Shown: positions 8,179 to 16,539, counted from the first letter of the stretch. The stretch: 64,000 nucleotides of DNA from Bacteroidales bacterium (GCA_017649855.1 JAGCGA010000027.1:906-64905), one strand, 5' to 3'. The notes: a model not told the origin generated them from the letters alone. Translations and numbers: made by a program.

Positions 8179-8658
8179 ATGAAAAAGAAGACTGTATTAG
8201 AGAAAATCTCAGAATCTGAAAAGGCTACCCTATACTCCATTAGCTTCGAAAAAGACGGCACTACTGAATTTGAAAAATTCGTGGCGGAATTTGAACAAAA
8301 TGCAAATTATAATTCAGATTATCAAAGAATTATTGCGGCATTGCAGGTTGTTTTGGACAAAGGTGCGTTGGAACGGTTTTTCCGCCCGGAAGGTAAGGTG
8401 AATGATGCTGTCCAAGCCATCCCGATAGAAGGAAGCAAGTTGAGATTGTATTGTCTTCGTATTTCAGAACAGATTGTTATTTTGGGAAATGGTGGTGTCA
8501 AAAACACCAGAACATATCAAGATGATCCAAGATTGTATGGATATGTGCTGGATTTGCAACGTTTTGAAAAGATTTTGAAAGAGAACATTGAAAAAGGGTA
8601 TATTAGTGTTAACGAAAAAGAACTTCGGTGTGCAGATCAGATTACTTTCGAGATATGA
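8179..8658 (+). CDS. putative RelE/HigB-superfamily (Gp49-like) toxin
   Basis: ORF 8161..8658, start at the ATG at 8179. The core SKLRLYCLRISEQIVILGNGGVKNTRTYQDDP resembles the HigB/Gp49 motif. Its stop overlaps the start of the following HTH gene in ATGA. The region is markedly AT-rich. Confidence 0.5.
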   Translation: MKKKTVLEKISESEKATLYSISFEKDGTTEFEKFVAEFEQNANYNSDYQRIIAALQVVLDKGALERFFRPEGKVNDAVQAIPIEGSKLRLYCLRISEQIVILGNGGVKNTRTYQDDPRLYGYVLDLQRFEKILKENIEKGYISVNEKELRCADQITFEI

Positions 8659-8924
8659 GCAACAAACAAGAATGGTTTAAGTCAAAAGTGGAACAGGTTT
8701 CCCCTGAGATTATGACAGAAATGCAACTGTCGGCAGACATTATCGCACGAATAGATAAGATTCTTAAGGATAAGCATATGTCTCAGCGGGATCTTGCCCG
8801 TAAGTTAGGGAAAAACGAAGCTGTGGTATCTCGTTGGATTACAGGATTCCCGAATTTTACATTGCGAACCCTTTCGCAAATATCTGTCGCTCTTGGCGAA
8901 CCCCTCATTAAATTGGCGGAGTGA
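8655..8924 (+). CDS. XRE-family helix-turn-helix protein, putative HigA-like antitoxin
   Basis: ORF 8628..8924, start at the ATG at 8655 (4-nt ATGA overlap with the upstream gene). HTH segment MSQRDLARKLGKNEAVVSRWITG. Confidence 0.6.
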   Translation: MSNKQEWFKSKVEQVSPEIMTEMQLSADIIARIDKILKDKHMSQRDLARKLGKNEAVVSRWITGFPNFTLRTLSQISVALGEPLIKLAE

Positions 8925-9058
8925 TTTTCCTTCATACACCCTGGCAGACCACCAACATGCCGATGTCGGAATAGGCTGGCATAGCGCAGGGAAGACGTGC
9001 TTCGTTGCTTGGTGAATGTCAAACCTTCCGAACATCCTTTTGGATAATTGTCAAAATT

Positions 9059-9100
9059 GACTATCTTTGCACCTGCAAAAATGCAGATGCAAAGATAGTC
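9059..9100. repeat. 42-nt near-perfect palindrome (19-bp arms, one mismatch, AAAA loop) containing the alsT -7 box (TATCTTTG, 9062-9069) and its mirror copy on the - strand (9091-9098)
   Basis: GACTATCTTTGCACCTGCA AAAA TGCAGATGCAAAGATAGTC, read directly. Confidence 0.8.
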
Positions 9101-9144
9101 AGTCTGTACTGCCCTTATAGTGTTCTGCCGTAAAGTATGATGTT

Positions 9145-10758
9145 ATGCTTTTGCTGGATGTGTCGCGTATTACAACGGTCATTGAGACGATATACGGTTG
9201 GGTGTGGAGCCCGGCGCTGGTAGGCTTGTGCCTGCTATCGGCGCTCTACTTCTCCTTGCGCACCCGTTTTGTACAGGTGCGCCGTCTTGGCGAGATGTGT
9301 CGCCTGCTGTTCAGCACCGACAAGACCCAGAAGACGGGCATCACCTCCTTCCAGGCTTTTGCCATGGCCTTGTCTGGGCGCGTGGGCACGGGCAACATCG
9401 TGGGGGTGGCCACGGCCATCGGCTTCGGCGGCCCAGGCGCTATCGTCTGGATGTGGGTCATCGCCTTCTTCGGGGCGGGTAGCGCATTCGTAGAGGCCAC
9501 GCTCGCCCAGATCTTCAAGGAGAACCACCATGGCCAGTATCGCGGTGGTCCGGCCTACTACATCGAGAAGGGCTTGCACAGTACCTTCTTCGGCTGTGTG
9601 TTCGCCGTCATCACGGCTATCGCCTGCGGGTTCTTTCTGCCGCCGGTGCAGTGCAACGGCATCGCCTTGTCCATGTCGCAGTCTTTTGGCATCGCCCCCT
9701 GGATGGTTGGGTTGGGCGTGGCGCTGCTCATCGCGCTGGTCATCATCGGTGGGGTGAAGCGCATTGCCAATGTGGCGCAGATCGTTGCTCCCTTCATGGC
9801 CATCCTTTACATCCTGCTCGCCATCGTGGTGCTCGTCGTCCACTATAAGCTGGTGCCGGGCGTCTTTCTCGACATGCTACGGGGAGCGGTGGGCGCGGGA
9901 CCGCTGGGCTCCGCTATCCTCGGCAGCACCATCTCCTGGGGCGTGAAACGTGGCATCTATTCCAACGAGGCCGGCCAGGGCACCGGACCCATCGTGGCAG
10001 CCGCCGCCAAGGTGAGCCATCCCGTCAAGCAGGGCCTTGTGCAGGCCTTCTCCGTCTATATCGACACCCTGCTGGTGTGCACCGCCACCGCCCTGATGAT
10101 CCTCGCCTGCCAGACGTACAACATCCTCGACAGTGTGCAGGTGACCTCCTCCGGTGAGGCCGTGGTGACCTACCTACAGCAGAACTCCGGAGCGCCGTCG
10201 GGTGAGCCGGGTGTCTTCTACACCATCAGCGCCATCGGCACCATCATCGGCCACCGCGCCGCTGGCGATATCGTCTCCATCGCCCTCTTCTTCTTCGCCT
10301 TCACGACCATCATGGCCTATTATTACTATGCCGAGACCAACCTCGTCTATCTTTTCAGCCGTTTCCGCAGATGGCAGTTGCGTCGTATGCGCGAAAGGGG
10401 CCGCGACCAAGAGACTCTCGACAAGACCGCAGCGGCCATGGAGCGTGCCGACCTGGCTTTCGGTGATGACCGTAGCGAAAAGATTGCGATTTGGATATTG
10501 CGTGTCTGTACGATTTTCACTGTGTTTGTCGGCTCTCTTACCACGAGCGGCGTCACTTGGACATTGGGCGACATTGGCGTGGGCACCATGGCCTGGATCA
10601 ATCTCATTGCCATCCTCTTGCTCTCCCCCAAAGCGTTAAGGGCCCTCCGCGATTATGAACAGGCCAAGAAAAAGGGCGAAGAACCGCGCTTCGACCCGAA
10701 AAAACTGGATATCGAGGGGGCAGAGTTCTGGGAAAAACATAACCCCAACGCGAAATAA
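9145..10758 (+). CDS. alsT: sodium:alanine (amino-acid) symporter, AGCS family
   Basis: 537 aa, multi-TM. Contains SFQAFAMALSGRVGTGNIVGVATAI and YSNEAGQGTGP, which are AGCS signatures. A charged insertion of about 50 aa (RRWQLRRMRERGRDQ...) lies near the C-terminus. Confidence 0.8.
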   Translation: MLLLDVSRITTVIETIYGWVWSPALVGLCLLSALYFSLRTRFVQVRRLGEMCRLLFSTDKTQKTGITSFQAFAMALSGRVGTGNIVGVATAIGFGGPGAIVWMWVIAFFGAGSAFVEATLAQIFKENHHGQYRGGPAYYIEKGLHSTFFGCVFAVITAIACGFFLPPVQCNGIALSMSQSFGIAPWMVGLGVALLIALVIIGGVKRIANVAQIVAPFMAILYILLAIVVLVVHYKLVPGVFLDMLRGAVGAGPLGSAILGSTISWGVKRGIYSNEAGQGTGPIVAAAAKVSHPVKQGLVQAFSVYIDTLLVCTATALMILACQTYNILDSVQVTSSGEAVVTYLQQNSGAPSGEPGVFYTISAIGTIIGHRAAGDIVSIALFFFAFTTIMAYYYYAETNLVYLFSRFRRWQLRRMRERGRDQETLDKTAAAMERADLAFGDDRSEKIAIWILRVCTIFTVFVGSLTTSGVTWTLGDIGVGTMAWINLIAILLLSPKALRALRDYEQAKKKGEEPRFDPKKLDIEGAEFWEKHNPNAK

Positions 10759-10768
10759 GGATCTTTTC

Positions 10769-11509
10769 TTAATCCCACAGGGTCGCCACACGGCACAACT
10801 CAGTACCTTTGTCAGCTTCAAAAATGGAAGCTACAAAATGATTGGGCTCAGTCTCTTGTTGCAGGATGTGATAGTGGTCGTCAGGAAGTGTTTGAACCAA
10901 GTAGTTGATGGAGATAAACTTGACACGATGCTGGCGATGAAACGCATAGTCGAAATTGTCCATGGCCCAAGCAATGTAGGCCGTGTTATTCACATGCTGG
11001 TTGAGGTCCAGATGGGAGTAGAGCACGGGGTGCACCTCCGACCATTTACCCTCCGTCACTTTGCGCAGGCGGGAGGCCGGTTTCTCTAAAGCATCGCATC
11101 CCAGTCGGTGCCGAAGTCCTCCTTTGACCTCTTCAATCAAATGCGGTTTCCCTTCCAGATCCACCAGTGCCCAATTGGAGGTGGCGCGGGCCAGCAGTTC
11201 CCCATGTTCGGTCTCCACAAAGAAATCACGGGGCTGCACCAGCAGGTGATACTCCTTACTCCAGGTGATGATTTTGATGCGCTCCAACCACTTCGGCATC
11301 CGGAGAATCTCCACATCTATCTTTGACAAGGCCCAGAAAAGTCCTTGGGCATGGAGTGCATCCCAGCCTACTCCCAAGACTTCGGAGTGACTCACCGCGG
11401 TCTCCTGCAAGAGGTTGAAGAGATGGTTGGGCAGCAACTCCCGGTTGAAGTCTGCAATATGAGAGCCTATTTCAAAAGTTTTGACGAATGAGTTGTCTGG
11501 TTGTAGCAT
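10769..11509 (-). CDS. acyl-ACP thioesterase
   Basis: 246 aa, double hot-dog pattern. ...LFNLLQETAVSHSE...GLFWALSKIDVEI... and HLDLNQHVNNTAYIAWAMD match the FatA/B-like bacterial thioesterase family. Confidence 0.7.
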   Translation of the reverse strand: MLQPDNSFVKTFEIGSHIADFNRELLPNHLFNLLQETAVSHSEVLGVGWDALHAQGLFWALSKIDVEILRMPKWLERIKIITWSKEYHLLVQPRDFFVETEHGELLARATSNWALVDLEGKPHLIEEVKGGLRHRLGCDALEKPASRLRKVTEGKWSEVHPVLYSHLDLNQHVNNTAYIAWAMDNFDYAFHRQHRVKFISINYLVQTLPDDHYHILQQETEPNHFVASIFEADKGTELCRVATLWD

Positions 11510-11545
11510 ACGATACAGCTTTTATGGGTGGTGAAAAAGTGGCGG

Positions 11546-11553
11546 CAAAAGTA
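11546..11553 (-). promoter_or_regulatory. -7 promoter box (TACTTTTG on - strand) for the thioesterase gene
   Basis: TAnnTTTG match 36 nt upstream of the ATG at 11509. Confidence 0.4.
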
Positions 11554-11580
11554 TAAAAAATTTTAGACGGGAGTGCCTTT

Positions 11581-12570
11581 TTATGAGATGATGGAACAGA
11601 CGATGACCATAAGGCTGAACCATTGCAGGATGTTGCGGGCGTAGAACCAGCGAATCGCGAACCATCCGAGTCCGGCCTCTTGGATCTGATCCCAATGCTC
11701 GATAGGCCCGAACCACCATTTGCGGGGGAACTCCTTCTCAGGATGATGGCAGAACTGGATCATCAGGTAGAAGAGGTTGACCGACAGGGGTGTCAGCAGG
11801 AGTGTGATCAGGAAGAGCGGTGCCATCGCGTGGGTGGCGACAGCCAAAAGGATGAGCAGATAGGGCAGGAAGTTGAAGAGGGCGCAGGCCGTCAGGTTCA
11901 GGGCCGGGCGTTGCAAGACAGCCGCCAGTGTCCGTTTGCCGTTGGCGATGTCGGGTTTGTAATCCAGGATAGAGTGGGTGAAGAGGATGTTGATGACCAA
12001 CAGTCCGATGGCGCAGGAGAGGTAGAGGATCTCGCTGTTAAGATGGCCGACAGCCGAATAGAAAACGCCGCACATGAGCAGCGGACCGAAGACCACCCCG
12101 ATGATCAGCTCTCCCAATCCATGATAGGAAAGGCGCAGGGGCCGCCCGGAGTAGAAGTAGCCGAGGAAGCCGGCGCCTCCGGCGATGTAGAGCGGAACGG
12201 GGCCGCGTTGCCAGACGATGATCATGCCCAATGCCAAGGCCGTCAGCGCGAAGAGAGAGGCCACCAGGAAAAGCTGCCGCGGTGTCGCTTCGCCCGAGAC
12301 CAGATAGGGACTCTTGGCAATGCGGGCGCGCTCGCCCTGCTGCTCCAACTCCTTCCGGATCTCGTTGCCCCGGGTTTGGAAGTCGAAATAGTCGTCAAAA
12401 AGGTTCATCGACAGGTGGGCGATGGCCACGATGAGTATCGCCAGCAGGCCCAAGGCCACCGAGTAGCCTTCCGCACCGATGGGCAGACAAAAAGCGACAA
12501 TGGCGGGTAACACGCTCTGCGGAAGAGCGTAAGCCCGTGCATTCTGAATCCAATAGAGTAACTTTTTCAT
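11581..12570 (-). CDS. UbiA-family prenyltransferase (MenA-like)
   Basis: 329 aa, polytopic membrane protein. NLFDDYFD (NxxxDxxxD-type Asp-rich motif) and a second DYKPD motif. Confidence 0.7.
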   Translation of the reverse strand: MKKLLYWIQNARAYALPQSVLPAIVAFCLPIGAEGYSVALGLLAILIVAIAHLSMNLFDDYFDFQTRGNEIRKELEQQGERARIAKSPYLVSGEATPRQLFLVASLFALTALALGMIIVWQRGPVPLYIAGGAGFLGYFYSGRPLRLSYHGLGELIIGVVFGPLLMCGVFYSAVGHLNSEILYLSCAIGLLVINILFTHSILDYKPDIANGKRTLAAVLQRPALNLTACALFNFLPYLLILLAVATHAMAPLFLITLLLTPLSVNLFYLMIQFCHHPEKEFPRKWWFGPIEHWDQIQEAGLGWFAIRWFYARNILQWFSLMVIVCSIIS

Positions 12571-12647
12571 GTTTTGAACTATGACTATGACTTTGAACTA
12601 TGAACTATGACTATGAACTTTACTTCTAACTCCTAACTGACAATTTC
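12571..12647. repeat. intergenic spacer built entirely from 6/7-nt units (TGAACTA TGACTA TGACTT TGAACTA TGAACTA TGACTA TGAACTT, then TTCTAAC TCCTAAC TGACAA)
   Basis: Direct reading. Stop triplets occur in all three frames on both strands. Confidence 0.85.
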
Positions 12648-14225
12648 TCACTGCTCGCTGATCACAATCTTCCTGTCCTTCGCAGCCTGTACCCCGAAGA
12701 CCGTCTCGCTGGAGGCGGAGGTGCTGAAGGAATGCAATACGGCTCCCTGTGGGTCGGTGGTGATGGAGAGCCCCGCCTTTTGGCCATTCAGATAGGGCTC
12801 AAAGTATCCCCCTTCTACCTGATAGAGGTAGTTGAGCAGACTGACGATACGACGACTGGAGAGATGCCGGTTGTAGTCACTATGGTGCAGGGGCGAGGCG
12901 TACCCGCTGATCTTGACTGCCACGGTGTCGCCATGCTCCAACGCCTCCTTCAGGTACTGGGTTAGCAAGATGAGTCGCGCATAGCCCGTGGCCACCGAGT
13001 CGCGCATGAAGGCTGAGATCTCTTCGCGAACCTGCTGCAGAGTGTCGCCGTGCAATCCTTCCACTGCGCCCTCCACATAGTGCTCCATCTCTGCCACATA
13101 TTGTCTGTAGAGCATGGCGTAGTGCACATCCGTGGTGTCGCTCGTGCTGCGCGGGTCGGGGTAGTCATTCTGAAAATAGAGGGTGATGGGCAATACCGAG
13201 GCGATCTTTTCCGCCAAGGAGGAGTCGGGTTTCTGCACCACAGGAACGGTGTCTTCTATCCAGACGAAATGATACAGGTCGTTGCAGCAGGTGTCTCGCT
13301 CACCGGTGTAGTCGTTGGGACGATTGGAGGAGAGATAGCCACTGCGCAAGTCTGGGCTCATGGTATAGTAGTAGTCGTGATAGCTGGAGTTGAAGGGCAC
13401 GCCCATGTTGGTGACCTCTCCCCACTGGCTGAGAGCCCCGGAGCTGTAGAAGATGTCGTATCCCCCAATGCCCAGATGCTCGTCGGAGCTAAAATACAGC
13501 CGTTCTTCATCGGGGCAATAGAAGGGTGTCACCTCATTGCCTTCGGTGTTGATGACGCGCCCCGCGTTGATGGGTGCATTGTAGTCGCCATCCTTGACGA
13601 TGGAATACCAGATGTCCAGTCCTCCAGCCCCGTGTTCGCGGTTGGAGACGAAGTAAAGCGCAGTGTACTTTTCGTTCTCCACCAGACAAGGCTGCATATT
13701 GCTGGAGTTGGGGGCATTGATGGCCTTGGGCAGCAACTTGGGCTTTCCCCAGCCTTTTTTGCCCAGTTCCGACTGCCATAGGGAACACTGGAGCTCCCCG
13801 TCTCCGCTCTTGGTGCAGCGGGTGAAGATGAGCCGGTCGTGCTGGGCGTTGAAGCAGAAGTTGCTGTTGAACATCTTGGGATTGTTGATGATGGGAGGGA
13901 AGGCTTCGGGCTTCTCATAGCGGTCCTCGGGTAGAAGCCGGCTCTTATAAAGGTAGCAGTACCAGCTCGTTTCGAAGAAGCGGTCGTAGTCTTCCTCCAT
14001 GTCGGCCCGCATGGAGGTGAAGTAGAAAGTGGAGTCCGGGGCAAGGTGGGAGGCGTATTCCGAGAAGTGGGAGTTGATGCGGGAGGGCAGGCGCTCGATG
14101 GCGACGGGCAATGTGTCATGGGCAATGTAACGCTGTTGTGCCCGACGCTGGGCGTCCGTCAGAGGCTGCGCCTGCATGGCGAGGGTAGTCAGAAGAGTTA
14201 ATATGAGCAACAGGGGTCGTTTCAT
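12648..14225 (-). CDS. PorE-like protein: TolB-type (PD40) beta-propeller plus C-terminal OmpA-like peptidoglycan-binding domain
   Basis: 525 aa with a signal peptide. Repeated ...LYFVSNREHGAGGLDIWYS.../...LYFSSDEHLGIGGYDIFYS... PD40 blades. C-terminal ISGYASPLHHSDYNRHLSSRRIVSLLNYL fits the OmpA_C pattern. Its start overlaps the PorP stop by 1 nt (TAATG). Confidence 0.55.
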   Translation of the reverse strand: MKRPLLLILTLLTTLAMQAQPLTDAQRRAQQRYIAHDTLPVAIERLPSRINSHFSEYASHLAPDSTFYFTSMRADMEEDYDRFFETSWYCYLYKSRLLPEDRYEKPEAFPPIINNPKMFNSNFCFNAQHDRLIFTRCTKSGDGELQCSLWQSELGKKGWGKPKLLPKAINAPNSSNMQPCLVENEKYTALYFVSNREHGAGGLDIWYSIVKDGDYNAPINAGRVINTEGNEVTPFYCPDEERLYFSSDEHLGIGGYDIFYSSGALSQWGEVTNMGVPFNSSYHDYYYTMSPDLRSGYLSSNRPNDYTGERDTCCNDLYHFVWIEDTVPVVQKPDSSLAEKIASVLPITLYFQNDYPDPRSTSDTTDVHYAMLYRQYVAEMEHYVEGAVEGLHGDTLQQVREEISAFMRDSVATGYARLILLTQYLKEALEHGDTVAVKISGYASPLHHSDYNRHLSSRRIVSLLNYLYQVEGGYFEPYLNGQKAGLSITTDPQGAVLHSFSTSASSETVFGVQAAKDRKIVISEQ

Positions 14226-16510
14226 TACATCAGGTCATAAGGACATGGCTCTTTGCCAATGCGGGTGATCCGTTTCTTGCGGAAGATATAGGTGATGGAG
14301 ACCTCCAGGGCACCCCTGCCGCTGGTGGCGGTGAAGAATCGGGAGACATTGACATCATAGCTGATGCCGATGCGGAGGTTCTGCCAGTCGAAGAAGCCAT
14401 CCAGAATCAAAGCATCGTTCCAGCGGTAGAAGATGCCGCCGCCCAAGGAGAAAAGGGTGGTGTAGCTGTTCTTCTTCTGGAAGTATTCGATGTTGGTGCC
14501 GAAGGTGTACTCGCTGAACCGGCGTTGCCACGACATGTAAAGGCTCGGCTCCAAAGCCAGGTTGCTGCTGAGGCTGATGCGTGCCAGCGCGTGCGTGGTC
14601 CATCGCAGCGGCAACTGCAGAAATCCGTTCTGGAAGACCTCCTTGGGTTGGTTGAGGTGCGACACGCTCATGCCTGCTTGATAGTTGTCGGTCTTGTTGG
14701 GCGAGAAGCTCCAGAATGCGCCGATGCCACAGTCGAAGAAGAGCTGTCGGGTGTTGTCGAAGAGGTCGTGTATCGGGATGGTGGGGTCATAGTAGCCGTG
14801 CTGGTATTGCTCGTCCATCCGGGCGGCATATTGGTTGTAGGCGTTGTTGATGATTCCCCCATAGAAGCCCAATCCGAGCTTATGCCGGTTGCGGCGACCG
14901 ATGTACCGGATCAGCGACACCGACCCTACGGCCTGCAGGGAGGTGTAGTTGAGATCGCCGGCCTTGTCACCATTGAAAGACAATCCGGCACCGATGAGTG
15001 TCTGCTTGCGGTTGTTTCGGTAGATGGCGCCGTCCACGCTGGCACCGAAGGTCAGATAGGGAACGGTCACGGAAAGCCATTGGGTACGTTGCGTCAGGCC
15101 TGCCCGGATGATGCCATCGTAGGCACCCGTCAGTGCTGGGTTCATGGCTGCGGGCTGTGTGTAATATTGGCTGAAGTGGTAGTTTTGCGCTGACGCCCTG
15201 TTCAAACTAAAAAAAAAACCGAGCGCTACCAGCAAGAGCATCACATAGTGGTATTTCTCCTTCCAGCATTGTTTCAGATACCGTCGCAACTCGTTCTCGC
15301 GAGGGTTGTTCTGCGGCTCATATAATGGTGTCCCGCTGATAGCATCGGGCAGGAACTCCTGGTTGACAAAGTTATGCTCAAAGTCGTGGGCATACTGGTA
15401 GTTCTTGTGGTAGCCCAGCTCCTTCATCAGCTTGGTGGGGGCATTGCGGATATGCAGCGGCACAGGCAGGTCGCCCGTCTGCTTGACCAGCGAATAGGCT
15501 CTCTCAATAGCCATGTAGGAGGCGTTGCTCTTGGGCGAAGAGGCCAGGTAGATGGCTGTCTGCGCCAAGGGGATGCGCGCTTCCGGCATGCCGATGACAT
15601 TCACCGCCTGGAAACAGTTGTTGGCCAACAACAGGGCGTTGGGATTGGCGTTGCCTATGTCCTCGGAGGCTAAGATGACCATCCGGCGGGCGATGAAGAG
15701 CGGATCCTCCCCGCCAATCAGCATGCGCGCCATCCAATAGACCGCCGCATTGGGATCGCTGCCCCGCATCGACTTGATGAAGGCCGAGATGATGTCGTAA
15801 TGCTGCTCCCCCTTCTTGTCGTATAAGGCCAGATTCTGCTGGATGACATGCACCACCTGCTGGTGGGTGACGTGGATCACGCCATCTACCGGCTTGGTCA
15901 TCCATGCAACCAGCTCTATGGCGTTCAGCAACTTGCGGGCATCGCCGCCCGAGATGCGCAACAAGGCTTCCGTGTCCTCAATCTCTATTTTGCAACTCAT
16001 CTGCTCCGACAGATAAGCGACTGCCGTGCCCAAGATGGTCTCCAGATTCTCGCGCGAAAGACTCTTCAATACATAGACCTGACAGCGGGAGAGCAGGGGG
16101 GAGATGACCTCAAAGGAGGGGTTCTCGGTGGTGGCACCGATGAGGGTGATGATGCCCTGCTCCACAGCTCCCAGCAGAGAGTCCTGCTGCGACTTGGAAA
16201 AACGATGGATCTCATCGATGAACAACAGCGACTTCTTCTCCGACTTCTTGGCTTTCTCGATCACATCGCGGATGTCCTTGACTCCACTGTTGATGGCGCT
16301 AAGCAGGAAAAAGTCAGCATCCACCAGCTCGGCGATGAGCAAGGCCAAGGTAGTCTTGCCGACACCCGGCGGACCCCAAAAGATCATCGACTGGATATTA
16401 CGCTGCTCAATGGCATTGCGCAAGACCGCGCCTTTGCCCATCAGGTGCTCCTGACCAACGTATTGGTCAAGCGAATGCGGTCGTAATATCTCTGCCAGTG
16501 GTTTTTGCAT
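14225..16510 (-). CDS. rarA: one uninterrupted ORF: RarA/MgsA AAA+ recombination ATPase (422 codons, 16510-15245) running without a stop into a PorP/SprF-family T9SS membrane protein (own ATG at 15241, 338 aa)
   Basis: ORF 14225..16555, likely start at the ATG at 16510 (MQKPLAEILRP). Walker A GPPGVGKTT, Walker B LFIDEIHRF, and the RarA C-terminal part through ...LRRYLKQCWKEKYHY. This is followed by V-MLLLVALGFFFSLNRASAQ (signal peptide) and NYHFSQYYTQPAAMNPALTG, the PorP/SprF hallmark. Confidence 0.75.
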   Translation of the reverse strand: MQKPLAEILRPHSLDQYVGQEHLMGKGAVLRNAIEQRNIQSMIFWGPPGVGKTTLALLIAELVDADFFLLSAINSGVKDIRDVIEKAKKSEKKSLLFIDEIHRFSKSQQDSLLGAVEQGIITLIGATTENPSFEVISPLLSRCQVYVLKSLSRENLETILGTAVAYLSEQMSCKIEIEDTEALLRISGGDARKLLNAIELVAWMTKPVDGVIHVTHQQVVHVIQQNLALYDKKGEQHYDIISAFIKSMRGSDPNAAVYWMARMLIGGEDPLFIARRMVILASEDIGNANPNALLLANNCFQAVNVIGMPEARIPLAQTAIYLASSPKSNASYMAIERAYSLVKQTGDLPVPLHIRNAPTKLMKELGYHKNYQYAHDFEHNFVNQEFLPDAISGTPLYEPQNNPRENELRRYLKQCWKEKYHYVMLLLVALGFFFSLNRASAQNYHFSQYYTQPAAMNPALTGAYDGIIRAGLTQRTQWLSVTVPYLTFGASVDGAIYRNNRKQTLIGAGLSFNGDKAGDLNYTSLQAVGSVSLIRYIGRRNRHKLGLGFYGGIINNAYNQYAARMDEQYQHGYYDPTIPIHDLFDNTRQLFFDCGIGAFWSFSPNKTDNYQAGMSVSHLNQPKEVFQNGFLQLPLRWTTHALARISLSSNLALEPSLYMSWQRRFSEYTFGTNIEYFQKKNSYTTLFSLGGGIFYRWNDALILDGFFDWQNLRIGISYDVNVSRFFTATSGRGALEVSITYIFRKKRITRIGKEPCPYDLM

Positions 16511-16531
16511 CTTATACAAGATAAGAAAAGG

Positions 16532-16539
16532 CAAAAATA
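16532..16539 (-). promoter_or_regulatory. -7 promoter box (TATTTTTG on - strand) for rarA
   Basis: TAnnTTTG match 21 nt upstream of the ATG at 16510. Confidence 0.45.

Noticed and set aside
7500-9050. Integrated mobile element or prophage fragment
   Set aside because: The only supporting evidence is the AT-rich composition, a TA pair and a possible gene remnant. I could verify no integrase, transposase, tRNA target or flanking direct repeats, so it is reported only as an islet.
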